From contig JBGCFM010000172.1 of the NCBI GenBank assembly GCA_045106895.1, positions 7,653 to 71,652 of the forward strand: 64,000 bases of DNA, read 5' to 3'. The notes under the pieces are model-generated. The model was not told where the DNA came from, searched no databases, and worked only from the letters and a program-made list of their open reading frames with translations. This stretch comes from Polyangiales bacterium. GTDB taxonomy: Bacteria > Myxococcota_A > Polyangia > Polyangiales > Houyiibacteriaceae. Both the position numbers and the translations under genes were made by a program. Positions within the stretch are counted from its first letter, which is position 1. Each line of letters opens with the position of its first letter. Shown here piece after piece: positions 45,424-54,731 of the stretch.

Positions 45424-46812
45424 CTAGGTGGAACGAAATTCGTCGAGATTTATCCCGAAACGTTTCGCCCACCGATGAATCTGCATTCGTTCTTTGCCCA
45501 GTTCGCGCCCTGCGGCGGCGACGTTGCCTTGGTGACGGGTCAAAAGCGCCCGAAGTTCTGCCTCCGTCGGGACCGTCGACGTCACAGGCATAGAGTTTCG
45601 AGGGGCTTGCGCGAGGTCGCCATGTGTTTCGAGGACGTCCTGCACGTTGCGGGGCAAAACGCGGGCCTCCAGGTCGCCGCTCTCGTGGAGCGCTAAGGAA
45701 ACGCGCACGGCGCTCTCGAGTTCACGCACATTGTAGGGCCACGGGTAGTGCGCGACGCACAGCATGAAAGGCAGCGAGACGCTCATATTGGATGCGCCGG
45801 CGTTGTTCAAAAAGTACCTGACGAGGGGGTAGAGGTCTTCCAGTCGCTGGGAGAGCGCGGGAAGACGAATCTCGACTTCTCGCAGTCTCGCGAGGAGGTC
45901 ACCACGGAACTCTCCATTGGCCACGCGCTGGTCCAGGTCTCGGTGTGTTGCACAGACGACTCGCACGTCGACAGGCTCCGGAACCGTGGCACCGATCGGG
46001 AGCACCATTCTCTCCTGAAGAACGCGAAGGAGCTTCGCCTGAGCCTCCACCGGCATGTCGCCGATCTCGTCTAGAAAAAGCGTCCCCCCATTGGCGGTTT
46101 GAATCAGGCCTGCTTTGTCGGTGTTCGCGCCGGTGAAGGCTCCCTTGCGGTAACCGAATAGTTCACTCTCGAGCAGGGTGGCTGGTAACGCTGCGCAGTT
46201 GATGGCCTGAAACGGACCCGCGCGACCACTGCGGCCGTGGAGCTCGCGCGCGATGAGTTCTTTGCCCGTGCCACTCTCTCCATAGACGACGGCGGACAGA
46301 GACGTCGCTGCGACTTTGTCGACGAGACCCACGACTCGGTCGATTTGGTAGCCGCCGACCAAGAGCTCGCTCTTCGCGTGCCCAAGGCCCCGCGCGAGTT
46401 TCACTATGCTGCCGTCGATTCGATATGCACCGTAGGCGTAGGCGTTGGCTCCGGTGAAGCGGAAGATGGTGTCGCCGACACGGACGACATCGTGCTCTTT
46501 GAGCACGCACGTTTGAATTCGTTTGCCGTTGACCATCGTCCCGTTGGTGGAGCCCAGGTCTTCGAGGAGCGCGCCTTCTTTGCCAATGGTCACGCGCGCG
46601 TGGTGCCGCGACACAGCGGACTCGGCGATGGCCAAGTCGTTGGCGGCTTCGCGTCCGAGGGTTGTCACCGCCGTCGCGAAGGGGAGCACCGACGGCAGAT
46701 GCGCGTGCAAGCGTGAGTAGACGAGGACAAATCCCGAGGTGGAGTCCTCGGCGATGGTGCCAGCCATCGTCGAGATCGACGCGGTCGTTGAGCCATGGTC
46801 AGGAGAAGTCAC
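45424..46812 (-). CDS. FHA-domain sigma-54-dependent transcriptional activator
   Basis: FHA: 'TLGREAANDLAI..SAVSRHHARV...LEDLGSTNGTMVNGKRI'. AAA+: 'VYGESGTGKELIA', 'GAFTGA', 'GGTLFLDEIGD'. HTH: 'GNVAAAGRELGKERMQIHRWAKRFGI'. Confidence 0.9.
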   Translation of the reverse strand: MTSPDHGSTTASISTMAGTIAEDSTSGFVLVYSRLHAHLPSVLPFATAVTTLGREAANDLAIAESAVSRHHARVTIGKEGALLEDLGSTNGTMVNGKRIQTCVLKEHDVVRVGDTIFRFTGANAYAYGAYRIDGSIVKLARGLGHAKSELLVGGYQIDRVVGLVDKVAATSLSAVVYGESGTGKELIARELHGRSGRAGPFQAINCAALPATLLESELFGYRKGAFTGANTDKAGLIQTANGGTLFLDEIGDMPVEAQAKLLRVLQERMVLPIGATVPEPVDVRVVCATHRDLDQRVANGEFRGDLLARLREVEIRLPALSQRLEDLYPLVRYFLNNAGASNMSVSLPFMLCVAHYPWPYNVRELESAVRVSLALHESGDLEARVLPRNVQDVLETHGDLAQAPRNSMPVTSTVPTEAELRALLTRHQGNVAAAGRELGKERMQIHRWAKRFGINLDEFRST

Positions 46813-46858
46813 CCAGGCACTTACCTAGACGCTTCGGGACAGCGACGTCAACACGGCG

Positions 46859-48187
46859 TCAGCCCGTGGCGGAGTTCGGGTCACCGCGCGAGTCCCTAAG
46901 TACGGCGAAGAGATCATGAATATCAAAGGGTTTTGGCAGCCAAGCGTCAGGCGGACCTGCGAGCGTCCCTGGGTCGAGCTGTCCGCTCGTGACGACGGTT
47001 CGTTTGACCAAACCCCTGGCTCGAAGCTCCTGCAGGAGAACATCACCACGTCCGTCGGGGAGAGTGAGGTCCGCGAGAGCCACGTCGAAGGGTCCGGTGG
47101 CGTCCCTCGCTTCGATCATGTTGGTGACGGCGGTGACGTTGATACCTCGAAGCCCAAGGGTGGTTTCAATGAGCTCACGGACACCATCATCGTCTTCAAC
47201 GACCAGCAAACGTTTGGGGAGGCGGCCAACAACCACTCCGCTGACGCGTTCCGCTTCTCCGCTTTCATCGACGAGCACCGCCCGCGGCAGCGTCACTTCA
47301 AACTGTGAACCTTCACCAAGCGTGCTGTTCAGCTGAACGCCGCCGTTCACTTGCTCCAGAGTTCGCCACACCGTCGCAAGACCAAGGCCGGTTCCGCCCG
47401 GGCGACGTGAGTAGCTCGAATCATAAATTTTGTTTTGCGCCTCGCGCGATATTCCCGGGCCCTCGTCGGAGACCCGGATTCGCACGAACTCTTCCTCGCG
47501 CTCGCAGCGAATGCGCACGACGCCACCCTCAGGCTGGATTTGCACAGCATTGAGGGCAAGGTTCCAGACGACGCGGAATACCGCCGCTCGGTGGGCAACG
47601 GTCCAGCCCAGCGTCGGTGTGTCCGTGTGAATTCGGACGTTGTGACGAAGCGCGATGGGATGGAGCAAACCGGCCACGTCACGGCACACAGCGGCGGCGT
47701 CGCAAGAGTCGTGATCGGTAGCGTGATGAAAGGACAGCACGTCGCGAGCGATTCGTTGCGCGGAGGCGGCAGCGCTCTCGACGGTCAGGAGCGCCTCGCG
47801 CATCTTGGATGTTTCGTCGAGCCCGAGCTGTGCCCAGCCACTGATGGCGCTCAGCGCGTTGGCGAGCTCATGCGCCGCGCTGAGGGCCAGTTCTTCGGAT
47901 TCACTCCGTTTTGGCGCTGGTTTGATGACGAGGATTCGGCAGTCCTCTTCGCACACGAAGTAGCCAGTTTCGCCGGAGGAGGCGACGACGGTCGAATGAG
48001 CGCTGCCCACGCCGGGGGCGGCCTGACCCAATATTGCGACCGTCGCGGCGTCGAAGGTAATCCCCAAAACACTTCTCTGAAGGTCTTCGCTCGCCTGGAG
48101 GGGCTGTCCTTTCGAAGCGAAAACCCAGGACCAGCCGTTTTCGGCGGCCAGGAAGAGTATCGGGTTTGTTTTGGGAATTGTGGGCAT
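46859..48187 (-). CDS. soluble hybrid histidine kinase (unknown N-terminal domain, HisKA, HATPase, receiver)
   Basis: H-box 'AAHELANALSAISGW', 'WNLALNAVQ', 'VSDEGPGI', 'GTGLGLAT'. Receiver: 'LLVVEDDDGVRELI', 'DLTLPDG', 'LPKPF'. No TM segment. Confidence 0.85.
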   Translation of the reverse strand: MPTIPKTNPILFLAAENGWSWVFASKGQPLQASEDLQRSVLGITFDAATVAILGQAAPGVGSAHSTVVASSGETGYFVCEEDCRILVIKPAPKRSESEELALSAAHELANALSAISGWAQLGLDETSKMREALLTVESAAASAQRIARDVLSFHHATDHDSCDAAAVCRDVAGLLHPIALRHNVRIHTDTPTLGWTVAHRAAVFRVVWNLALNAVQIQPEGGVVRIRCEREEEFVRIRVSDEGPGISREAQNKIYDSSYSRRPGGTGLGLATVWRTLEQVNGGVQLNSTLGEGSQFEVTLPRAVLVDESGEAERVSGVVVGRLPKRLLVVEDDDGVRELIETTLGLRGINVTAVTNMIEARDATGPFDVALADLTLPDGRGDVLLQELRARGLVKRTVVTSGQLDPGTLAGPPDAWLPKPFDIHDLFAVLRDSRGDPNSATG

Positions 48188-48296
48188 CGTCGTCGTATTG
48201 CCCCCGCTATAGTTACGTCCGGGGGCTGAGGTTTGTCAAACGGTTCTATCAAGTGATTTGTAGACCCCACTTGAAGGATGCAATGATTCCGGCAGG

Positions 48297-49340
48297 ATGT
48301 TGAGACTCATGATTCGCGCTAATCTAATGGTTTGCCTCGTTGTTCTCTTCTCAGCTTGCGCTCAAGGAGGGACAGGACGAATGGACTCGGGGACACCCGC
48401 AGTGGATGTTCCGGAGGTCGACGCAGGAAATCCGTGTGTGCCTGCGTGCGAAGGGGGCGAAACCTGCGTGTCGGGTGAGTGCATGCCGATGTCGATGTGT
48501 GGCCTGGATGGGATGTGTCCCGTTGGACAGAGCTGCTGTCCCACGGGCTGCTCGGCGCTGCCCACGGACCCCGCCAATTGCGGCAGCTGCGGTCGTGACT
48601 GTGGCGATACCGGTGATGCCTGTGTGTCTGGGCAGTGTCGCTGTCATGGTGCGTCCAGCTGCATTGATGGCGACGCATGCTGCGATGATGGCTGCGCCAA
48701 CTTGCTTGAATCACCGACCAACTGCGGAGCCTGTGGAATGGTGTGTGGGGATGGCCAAATTTGCGAAGGAGGATCTTGCGTGACTCCGCCCTGCGATCCT
48801 GCCTGCACCAACGATGAAGTCTGCGACGCCGAAACCAGCCTGTGCATGTGTGGCGGCGGGCCGGCGTGTGCGTCGGGTCAAGCATGTTGTGGCGCCGCGT
48901 GCATCGACACGCAGGTGGATCGCAACAACTGCGGTGCGTGCGGGATGGTGTGCACAGGAGCGCAGGTCTGCCTCGACGGAAGCTGCACCACGGATATTCC
49001 TTGTGACCCCACATGTGCGGCGGGAGAGACTTGCAATGCTGGCGTTTGCCAGTGCGGCGCTGGCGCCGCGTGTGGGCCTGGAAGCGCGTGCTGTGGCGGT
49101 TCCTGCGCGGCAACACAGACAGACAACCTGAACTGCGGGCGTTGTGGAAACTCCTGCGGCGCTGGTTCTTGTTGCGCCGGCTCCTGCGCGAGCACCTCTA
49201 CGGATACGAATAACTGCGGAGGGTGTGGCCGTTCCTGCGGGGATGACGCGGACAGCTGCAACGGAGGCAGCTGCCAGTGTGGATCGGGCCCTTCGTGTCT
49301 CCTGGGACTACCTTGTATTTTGGGCGTCTGCATCATCTGA
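48297..49340 (+). CDS. secreted Cys-rich protein with five Stig1-like 'CC..C......NCG.CG..C' repeats
   Basis: Signal/lipobox-like 'LMVCLVVLFSAC'. Five motifs: 'NCGSCGRDC', 'NCGACGMVC' (twice), 'NCGRCGNSC', 'NCGGCGRSC', each preceded by 'CC..(G)C'. Confidence 0.75.
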   Translation: MLRLMIRANLMVCLVVLFSACAQGGTGRMDSGTPAVDVPEVDAGNPCVPACEGGETCVSGECMPMSMCGLDGMCPVGQSCCPTGCSALPTDPANCGSCGRDCGDTGDACVSGQCRCHGASSCIDGDACCDDGCANLLESPTNCGACGMVCGDGQICEGGSCVTPPCDPACTNDEVCDAETSLCMCGGGPACASGQACCGAACIDTQVDRNNCGACGMVCTGAQVCLDGSCTTDIPCDPTCAAGETCNAGVCQCGAGAACGPGSACCGGSCAATQTDNLNCGRCGNSCGAGSCCAGSCASTSTDTNNCGGCGRSCGDDADSCNGGSCQCGSGPSCLLGLPCILGVCII

Positions 49341-49379
49341 GCACAGGCCCGAATGCGCGGCGGCGGATGGAGGCAAGTC

Positions 49380-50849
49380 TCACTTGCCTTGCATGACTTG
49401 GTTTCGTCCAGCCGCCTTCGCTCGATACAGCGCCTCATCCGCGGAGCGCACCATGTTCTCAAGGTCAATGCCGATGCTGTATTGGGTGACGCCCGCGCTT
49501 AGAGTCACTTTCTCTGGGCCGTCGACGAATGGTCCGAGTGCCTCGACTGCCGCCCTAAATCGCTCAGCAACAACTGTTGCCCCAGCGAGTTCGGTTTCTG
49601 GAAGTACCGCCAAGAACTCCTCGCCTCCCCAACGTCCGATGAGGTCGACCTCTCGCACGGCGGTTTCAAGGGCGCGGCTGACCGCACGCAGGACTTCGTC
49701 ACCACGGTTGTGACCAAAGGTGTCGTTGACGGCTTTGAAGTGGTCGATGTCGCAGAGAATCACCGAAACCGGCGTGCCGTATCGTGCACCACGTGCGGTC
49801 TCTTCGCGCATTCGGTTTGTGATCGTACGGCGGTTCCGCAGGCCTGTCAGGCCATCGGTGGTCGCAAGGTGGCGAGTTTCCTCCACGAGGAGCATCGACT
49901 TGATCACCGGTCCAAGAGCGGCTGCGAGCCAGGATGCGGTGTCCTTGTCGTCCCGCCCGATTCCCCGGCGCCCTCCATAGAGCCTGAGCTGTCCGATGAG
50001 TTCACGGCCCGCGAGGATGGGCTCTGTTGCCACCTCTCCGGGTTCCGGCGAGCCGAGAGTCGATAGCTCCGAGCGACGAATATGAGAGGGGGGGGCGGTG
50101 GGCGCGAGGCCTAAGCTCAAGAGGTCGCGCCGGTCTGGTGTTTCTGGCCAAGCGCCACGACAGAGAAGTCCCGAGCTGTTTGTGGGTCTCCCTCCGTTTC
50201 CGTCGATGCGCAAGATGGCGTAGGGACACGCGAGAACGTCGTCGAACAAGCGCAGGGCGCCTTCCATCAACGCGCTCCTGTCTTCGACATGAGTCATCAG
50301 CGAGCGCGCTTCGCGGTCGATGACGGCTTGGAGCAGGTGATCGTCAAGAACACGTGCAAGACGCTCAAGCGGGTCGACGTTGCGGCGAGGGCCGCGAACA
50401 GGTTTTGAGCCGGGCCTCGCGGCGAGGGCGCGGGAGACCGCTCCCGGGAGGGCTTCGGGTTCACGCTTTGAGACGTACGCATCGCATCCTGCGTGCGTTC
50501 CCCAAAACCGAGAGCGAGGACCGTCGTCGGCGGTCAGAAGAACGATGGGCAGGTTGGCCGTGCAAGGCTCGGCGCGGAGCATTCGGCACAGGTGCACTCC
50601 GCTGACGGCGCCCATCGTCACGTCGGACACGACGAGGTCGAATGGGTGGTCCATGCACAACGCGAAGGCTTCTTCGCCAGAGGCGGCGAGGGTGACGTCG
50701 TGACCCATGAGTGTCAGATGGGACTTGATGGCTCGGCGAGTGCTCGCGCTATCGTCCACGACCAAGACGCGCTGGCCCGACGGTAGCCTGCGCATTTTCT
50801 GAGTGTCCCGCAGAGCGGCGCTCTCAAGCTGATCTTGTGGAGATCCCAT
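49380..50849 (-). CDS. response regulator receiver + central domain + GGDEF diguanylate cyclase
   Basis: REC: 'VLVVDDSASTRRAI', 'DLVVSDVTM'. GGDEF: 'GRWGGEEFLAVL' with an RxxD I-site ('REVD') 5 residues upstream. Start uncertain (ORF is open to 51068). Confidence 0.85.
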   Translation of the reverse strand: MGSPQDQLESAALRDTQKMRRLPSGQRVLVVDDSASTRRAIKSHLTLMGHDVTLAASGEEAFALCMDHPFDLVVSDVTMGAVSGVHLCRMLRAEPCTANLPIVLLTADDGPRSRFWGTHAGCDAYVSKREPEALPGAVSRALAARPGSKPVRGPRRNVDPLERLARVLDDHLLQAVIDREARSLMTHVEDRSALMEGALRLFDDVLACPYAILRIDGNGGRPTNSSGLLCRGAWPETPDRRDLLSLGLAPTAPPSHIRRSELSTLGSPEPGEVATEPILAGRELIGQLRLYGGRRGIGRDDKDTASWLAAALGPVIKSMLLVEETRHLATTDGLTGLRNRRTITNRMREETARGARYGTPVSVILCDIDHFKAVNDTFGHNRGDEVLRAVSRALETAVREVDLIGRWGGEEFLAVLPETELAGATVVAERFRAAVEALGPFVDGPEKVTLSAGVTQYSIGIDLENMVRSADEALYRAKAAGRNQVMQGK

Positions 50850-50929
50850 AGGTCGAACGAACGGCGTCAGACGCCGCCCTTGTAGACTAGGAATGCAGAT
50901 TTTTGGGTCACGCACCAGGGGTGCGCCGA

Positions 50930-50945
50930 AAAACAGGCCTGTTTT
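50930..50945. promoter_or_regulatory. perfect 16-bp palindrome in a divergent intergenic region
   Basis: AAAACAGGCCTGTTTT, preceded by the hairpin CGCACC-AGG-GGTGCG (50911-50925). Lies between the REC-GGDEF gene and mtnA. Confidence 0.25.
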
Positions 50946-51040
50946 CTCGATTATTGCGAGTTCTGGCGGCGGCTCGGGTCGGCAGAGGCGCGATCCGGCC
51001 TCTTGGCGTGGGAGGCTCGGGCGTCCATGCTGCGCGACAA

Positions 51041-52156
51041 ATGACCTTTCACGTCTCCGCGCCCCCATCCTTATCCCGGCCGCCCCTTACCGGCGCAGAC
51101 TGCGCTTTCTTCGCCGTAGAATATGAGCCTGCCACGGGCGAAGTTCTCATGCTGGACCAGCGACGCTTGCCAGGAGAAGTGCTTTATCATCGACTCAAGA
51201 CCCCTGATGAGGTCGCGGATGGAATCCGAGACATGGTGGTTCGCGGCGCGCCGGCCATCGGCATCAGCGCCGGCTACGCTCTCGCGATGGTCGCTCGTGC
51301 AGAAGAGGGCGACGCGGCGAGTTTCTTGATGGCCATCGGAGGTGCGAGTCGAGTCCTCGGCGCCACACGACCGACCGCCATCAACTTGGCCTGGGCCATC
51401 GCGCGTATCAGTCGGCGCGCGGCGGATGTTGCCCGGCTTGATCCGAAAACGCGCGCGGCGGAGATCGAACGCGAGGCGGATCTGATTCACTCCGAAGACG
51501 TGGCCTCGTGCGAAAAAATGGGACAGGCGGGGGCCGTGGACGTTCCTGAGGGGGCGACGATTCTCACGCACTGCAACGCGGGAGCTTTGGCGACGGGCGG
51601 GTACGGAACAGCCCTCGGCGTTATTCGTGCCGCGCACGCAAAGCAAGTCGCCGCAGGCGGGAAGGGCGTTCGTGTACTTGCCGATGAGACACGTCCGTAC
51701 CTTCAGGGCGCGCGACTTACGAGCTGGGAGCTTCATGCGGATGGTATTCCGGTAGAAGTGATCACCGACGGTATGCCGGGTCACTTCTTCCAGCGCGGCG
51801 AAATCGATTTCGTGGTGGTCGGCTCGGACCGAATCGCCGCGAACGGCGATGTCGCGAATAAGATTGGAACCTACGGTCTCGCGGTGCTCGCGGAAGCCCA
51901 CGACGTCCCATTTACTGTGGCGGCGCCTTGGAGCACCGTCGATATGGCGACGGCGACGGGCGAGGGAATCCCCATCGAAGAACGTTCCCGCGAAGAGGTC
52001 GCGACCATCGGGGAGCGAACTATGGTCGCTGAGGGGATCCCCTGTCGGCACCCTGCCTTCGATGTGACGCCAGCCCGTTTGGTGCGCGCGGTCTATACTG
52101 AACGCGGCACGTTTCGGCCCGCGCAGGGTGGAGTCCCGGCGGATCTGAACTCGTGA
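51041..52156 (+). CDS. mtnA: S-methyl-5-thioribose-1-phosphate isomerase
   Basis: '[10 protein letters not shown]', '[16 protein letters not shown]', '[10 protein letters not shown]', '[20 protein letters not shown]'. Start set at MTFHVS. Confidence 0.9.
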   Translation: MTFHVSAPPSLSRPPLTGADCAFFAVEYEPATGEVLMLDQRRLPGEVLYHRLKTPDEVADGIRDMVVRGAPAIGISAGYALAMVARAEEGDAASFLMAIGGASRVLGATRPTAINLAWAIARISRRAADVARLDPKTRAAEIEREADLIHSEDVASCEKMGQAGAVDVPEGATILTHCNAGALATGGYGTALGVIRAAHAKQVAAGGKGVRVLADETRPYLQGARLTSWELHADGIPVEVITDGMPGHFFQRGEIDFVVVGSDRIAANGDVANKIGTYGLAVLAEAHDVPFTVAAPWSTVDMATATGEGIPIEERSREEVATIGERTMVAEGIPCRHPAFDVTPARLVRAVYTERGTFRPAQGGVPADLNS

Positions 52157-53430
52157 GGTGTGGGCTGCTTTTCTGTGTGGCGCTCTTAGCGGCATGCGAA
52201 GACGAACCCTCGGTCGAAGAAGCACCCACGCCAGCAGCGCCGTCTGTGGCCATCGCGCCTGAGGAACCGGCCACCGCGCCTGAGGAACCGGCCACCGTGG
52301 AGGCGGAACCGGGGGCGGAAGTCGAGTTGCCGATGCTCGCGCTAGACACGCACGTCGACACACCACAGCGAATGCTTGACGACGGTGATGATCCCATCGA
52401 GCGACTTACCGGCGGCCACCTGGATATTCCACGGATGCGCGAAGGCGGCCTCACGGGCGCGTTCTTTAGCGTGTACGTTTCGCCACGAAAGTTCGAAGGG
52501 GAAGCCGCGTGGGAAAGGGCGCTGGCTCTCACGCGCGCCATTCGCGAGTTCACGGAGCGCCACCCCGACGAGACGATTCTGTGCCTGTCTGGAGACGACG
52601 TGCGTCGGGCACAACGCGAAGGAAAAATCGCTGTCCTCATGGGCGTTGAAGGCGCGCAAGCGCTGGGGACGGACCAGCCCCGACTTGCGCTCTCTCGAAT
52701 TCGTGAGCTGTACGACCTTGGCAATCGCTACATGACGATCACTTGGTCGGTGGACAACCCACTCGGGCACTCCTCGCTGGGAGAGAACCCCGAAGGGGGT
52801 CTGACGCCTCTTGGTCGGCGCGCGGTTCGACTGATGAACAGGCTTGGGATGATCGTCGACATCAGCCATGTCAGCGATCAGACGTTCTGGGACACCATGG
52901 ACGTCGCGACGAAACCAGTGCTCGCGAGTCACTCATCGGCGCGTGCTCTAGCGGATATTCCCCGCAACATGAGTGACGCCATGATCCGCCGCGTTGGCGC
53001 TCAAGGCGGCGCGGTGTGTTTGAACTTCTTTACCCAGTTCATCGACCGTGAGTATCGACTACGCCGCCGCCGCCTCGAATGGCGAAACCGCGATGCCTTT
53101 GGTGCTCTAGGCGAGTTCGAGAGCTGGGTTGAGCGCGGTCGCGCTGAGTTTGCGTTGGCCCGGGAACTGGACGACGAACTGAATGCGCCGACTCTCGGAA
53201 CGCTCGCCGACCACATTGAGCATGTTGTGGAAATTGCTGGCCACGGCGCGGCCTGCCTCGGCTCGGACTACGACGGCGTTCCTGAGCTTCCGGTGGGCAT
53301 GGAGGATGTCAGCGACCTTCCTGCTCTGCGAAGTGTGTTGGAAGAAAGAGGGCTGCCCGTAGCGGAGGTTTTCGGTTTGAATGTACTGCGCGTCCTCGAC
53401 GCAAATACGCCCGATCCAGCCGATGAATAG
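52153..53430 (+). CDS. membrane dipeptidase (peptidase family M19), lipoprotein
   Basis: GTGA overlap with mtnA. Lipobox 'VALLAAC'. 'LDTHVDTP', '[10 protein letters not shown]', '[13 protein letters not shown]', 'ASHSSARAL', 'LGSDYDG'. Confidence 0.9.
   Translation: MRCGLLFCVALLAACEDEPSVEEAPTPAAPSVAIAPEEPATAPEEPATVEAEPGAEVELPMLALDTHVDTPQRMLDDGDDPIERLTGGHLDIPRMREGGLTGAFFSVYVSPRKFEGEAAWERALALTRAIREFTERHPDETILCLSGDDVRRAQREGKIAVLMGVEGAQALGTDQPRLALSRIRELYDLGNRYMTITWSVDNPLGHSSLGENPEGGLTPLGRRAVRLMNRLGMIVDISHVSDQTFWDTMDVATKPVLASHSSARALADIPRNMSDAMIRRVGAQGGAVCLNFFTQFIDREYRLRRRRLEWRNRDAFGALGEFESWVERGRAEFALARELDDELNAPTLGTLADHIEHVVEIAGHGAACLGSDYDGVPELPVGMEDVSDLPALRSVLEERGLPVAEVFGLNVLRVLDANTPDPADE
52255..52296 (+). 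repeat. perfect 2 x 21-nt tandem duplication inside the dipeptidase linker
   Basis: GCGCCTGAGGAACCGGCCACC occurs twice and encodes [14 protein letters not shown]. Confidence 0.9.
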
Positions 53431-53460
53431 GACAATTGCTCAGCACAGGAGACGCCGTCC

Positions 53461-54684
53461 GTGGCACAGTCCGAGCGTGGGGGATGCCCTGGGCTCATGA
53501 GCGCAACGAAACCAATTGTCATAGGGCGTTCCCGCCAGAGTGATCTTCGCATCGATGATCCCACGGTGTCGTCGAGTCACGCGCGGCTCAGTTGGAGTGG
53601 CCTCGAAATCATCGTCGAGGACCTCGGGAGCGCAAACGGCACCTTTGTCGATGAGCGCCGGATCGAGAAGGTCTCGGTTCGCCCCGGTGCGACGATTCGC
53701 CTTGGCGAAGCAGAGTTGCCTTGGAGCGCGCCGGCGCTTCGAAAGTTCTTGCGCCAGGGCGCGACGGGCACGCTGGTCGCGAAGGCTATCCCCGGAAAAC
53801 GTTTCGTCTGCGGGCAATGCAACACCCGGGGGGTCATGCCTCCCGGTTTTCAAGGGGGGCTCCTGCGGTGCGGCGCGTGCGGCGAAAAGCTCGTTGCCGG
53901 AAAGCCCAAGCCGAAGCGGTCATGGCTTGGGACCGCGGTGCTTCTCCTTCTTGTGTCCGGGGGCGTCGCGGCCTTCTGGTACGTCATGGAGACACGCGGG
54001 GATGAACTGCGAGAAGCCGCGGGCCGCTTGCGCATTCCGGAGATGCCAGGTCAGTCGTCGAGCACAGAAGAGGCGTCGATACGCGCTCACTCTCGGGCTG
54101 AGGTCGTCGCCGCCATCGACTCGCATGATCCGATCACCCGAAACTACGCCGCTCGGGTTGCTTCCGACACGGACGGCCCATTTAGCGTCGAGCAAGTTGC
54201 CCGCATCTGGAGTCACGTTCGCGGCAAATGGCGATACGTCAACGACCCACGCGGCAGCGAGTATTTTGCGAGCGCCGCAGAGACCATCGAGAACGAGTTT
54301 ATCGGTGACTGTGATGACTTCGCCATCGTCGTGGCGTCGATGGTGGAGGCCATCGGCGGCGAAGCGCGCATTGTTATGATGGGCAGCCTCGAGGGCGGGC
54401 ACGCCTACCCTGAAGTGTGCCTGCCGATGGAGGCGGAAGAAGGAAGGACTCGCCTGACTCGACATTACCAACGAGTTCGTGACCCGAACCTTGGGCGTCA
54501 GAGGGTCCGGGAGTTCAACTACCGACACGACGAGACCTGCCCAGTCTGGCTAAACCTGGATTGGAACGCTGGGGTTCCAGGGGGGCCCTACGAGAGCGAA
54601 CAGTGGGCCGTGGCTATCTATCCGGATGGCCGAACGCAGACCCTCGCGCCGGCCGGCGCTCCCCCCGCTGCCCCCGCAGAGTAG
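53461..54684 (+). CDS. FHA domain + zinc ribbon + TM helix + transglutaminase-like (Cys-His-Asp) domain protein
   Basis: AGGAGA lies 8 nt upstream of GTG 53461. FHA: 'IGRSRQSDLRIDDPTVSSSHARL...VEDLGSANGTFVDERRI'. Zinc ribbon: 'CGQCN...CGACG'. TM: 'WLGTAVLLLLVSGGVAAFWYV'. Transglutaminase-like: 'FIGDCDDFAIVVASMVEAIG', 'GGHAYPEV'. Confidence 0.8.
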   Translation: MAQSERGGCPGLMSATKPIVIGRSRQSDLRIDDPTVSSSHARLSWSGLEIIVEDLGSANGTFVDERRIEKVSVRPGATIRLGEAELPWSAPALRKFLRQGATGTLVAKAIPGKRFVCGQCNTRGVMPPGFQGGLLRCGACGEKLVAGKPKPKRSWLGTAVLLLLVSGGVAAFWYVMETRGDELREAAGRLRIPEMPGQSSSTEEASIRAHSRAEVVAAIDSHDPITRNYAARVASDTDGPFSVEQVARIWSHVRGKWRYVNDPRGSEYFASAAETIENEFIGDCDDFAIVVASMVEAIGGEARIVMMGSLEGGHAYPEVCLPMEAEEGRTRLTRHYQRVRDPNLGRQRVREFNYRHDETCPVWLNLDWNAGVPGGPYESEQWAVAIYPDGRTQTLAPAGAPPAAPAE

Positions 54685-54731
54685 CGAGGTTTTAGCTTTG
54701 CCTGGGCGAAGGGCCCCGGCATGATGCGCCC

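Noticed and set aside
48188-48296. Searched the divergent region between the hybrid kinase and the Stig1-like gene for a sigma-54 promoter or clear sigma-70 boxes.
   Set aside because: No GG-N10-GC element with a TTGC box is present. Only weak TTGACA-like hexamers with poor spacing occur, so no promoter is reported.
53462-53476. A perfect TGGCAC with GC 10 nt downstream (sigma-54 -24/-12 spacing) in front of the FHA-transglutaminase gene.
   Set aside because: The -12 box is GAGC rather than TTGC. The element overlaps the GTG start at 53461, which is preceded by a good AGGAGA RBS at 8 nt, so it is more likely coding sequence than promoter.
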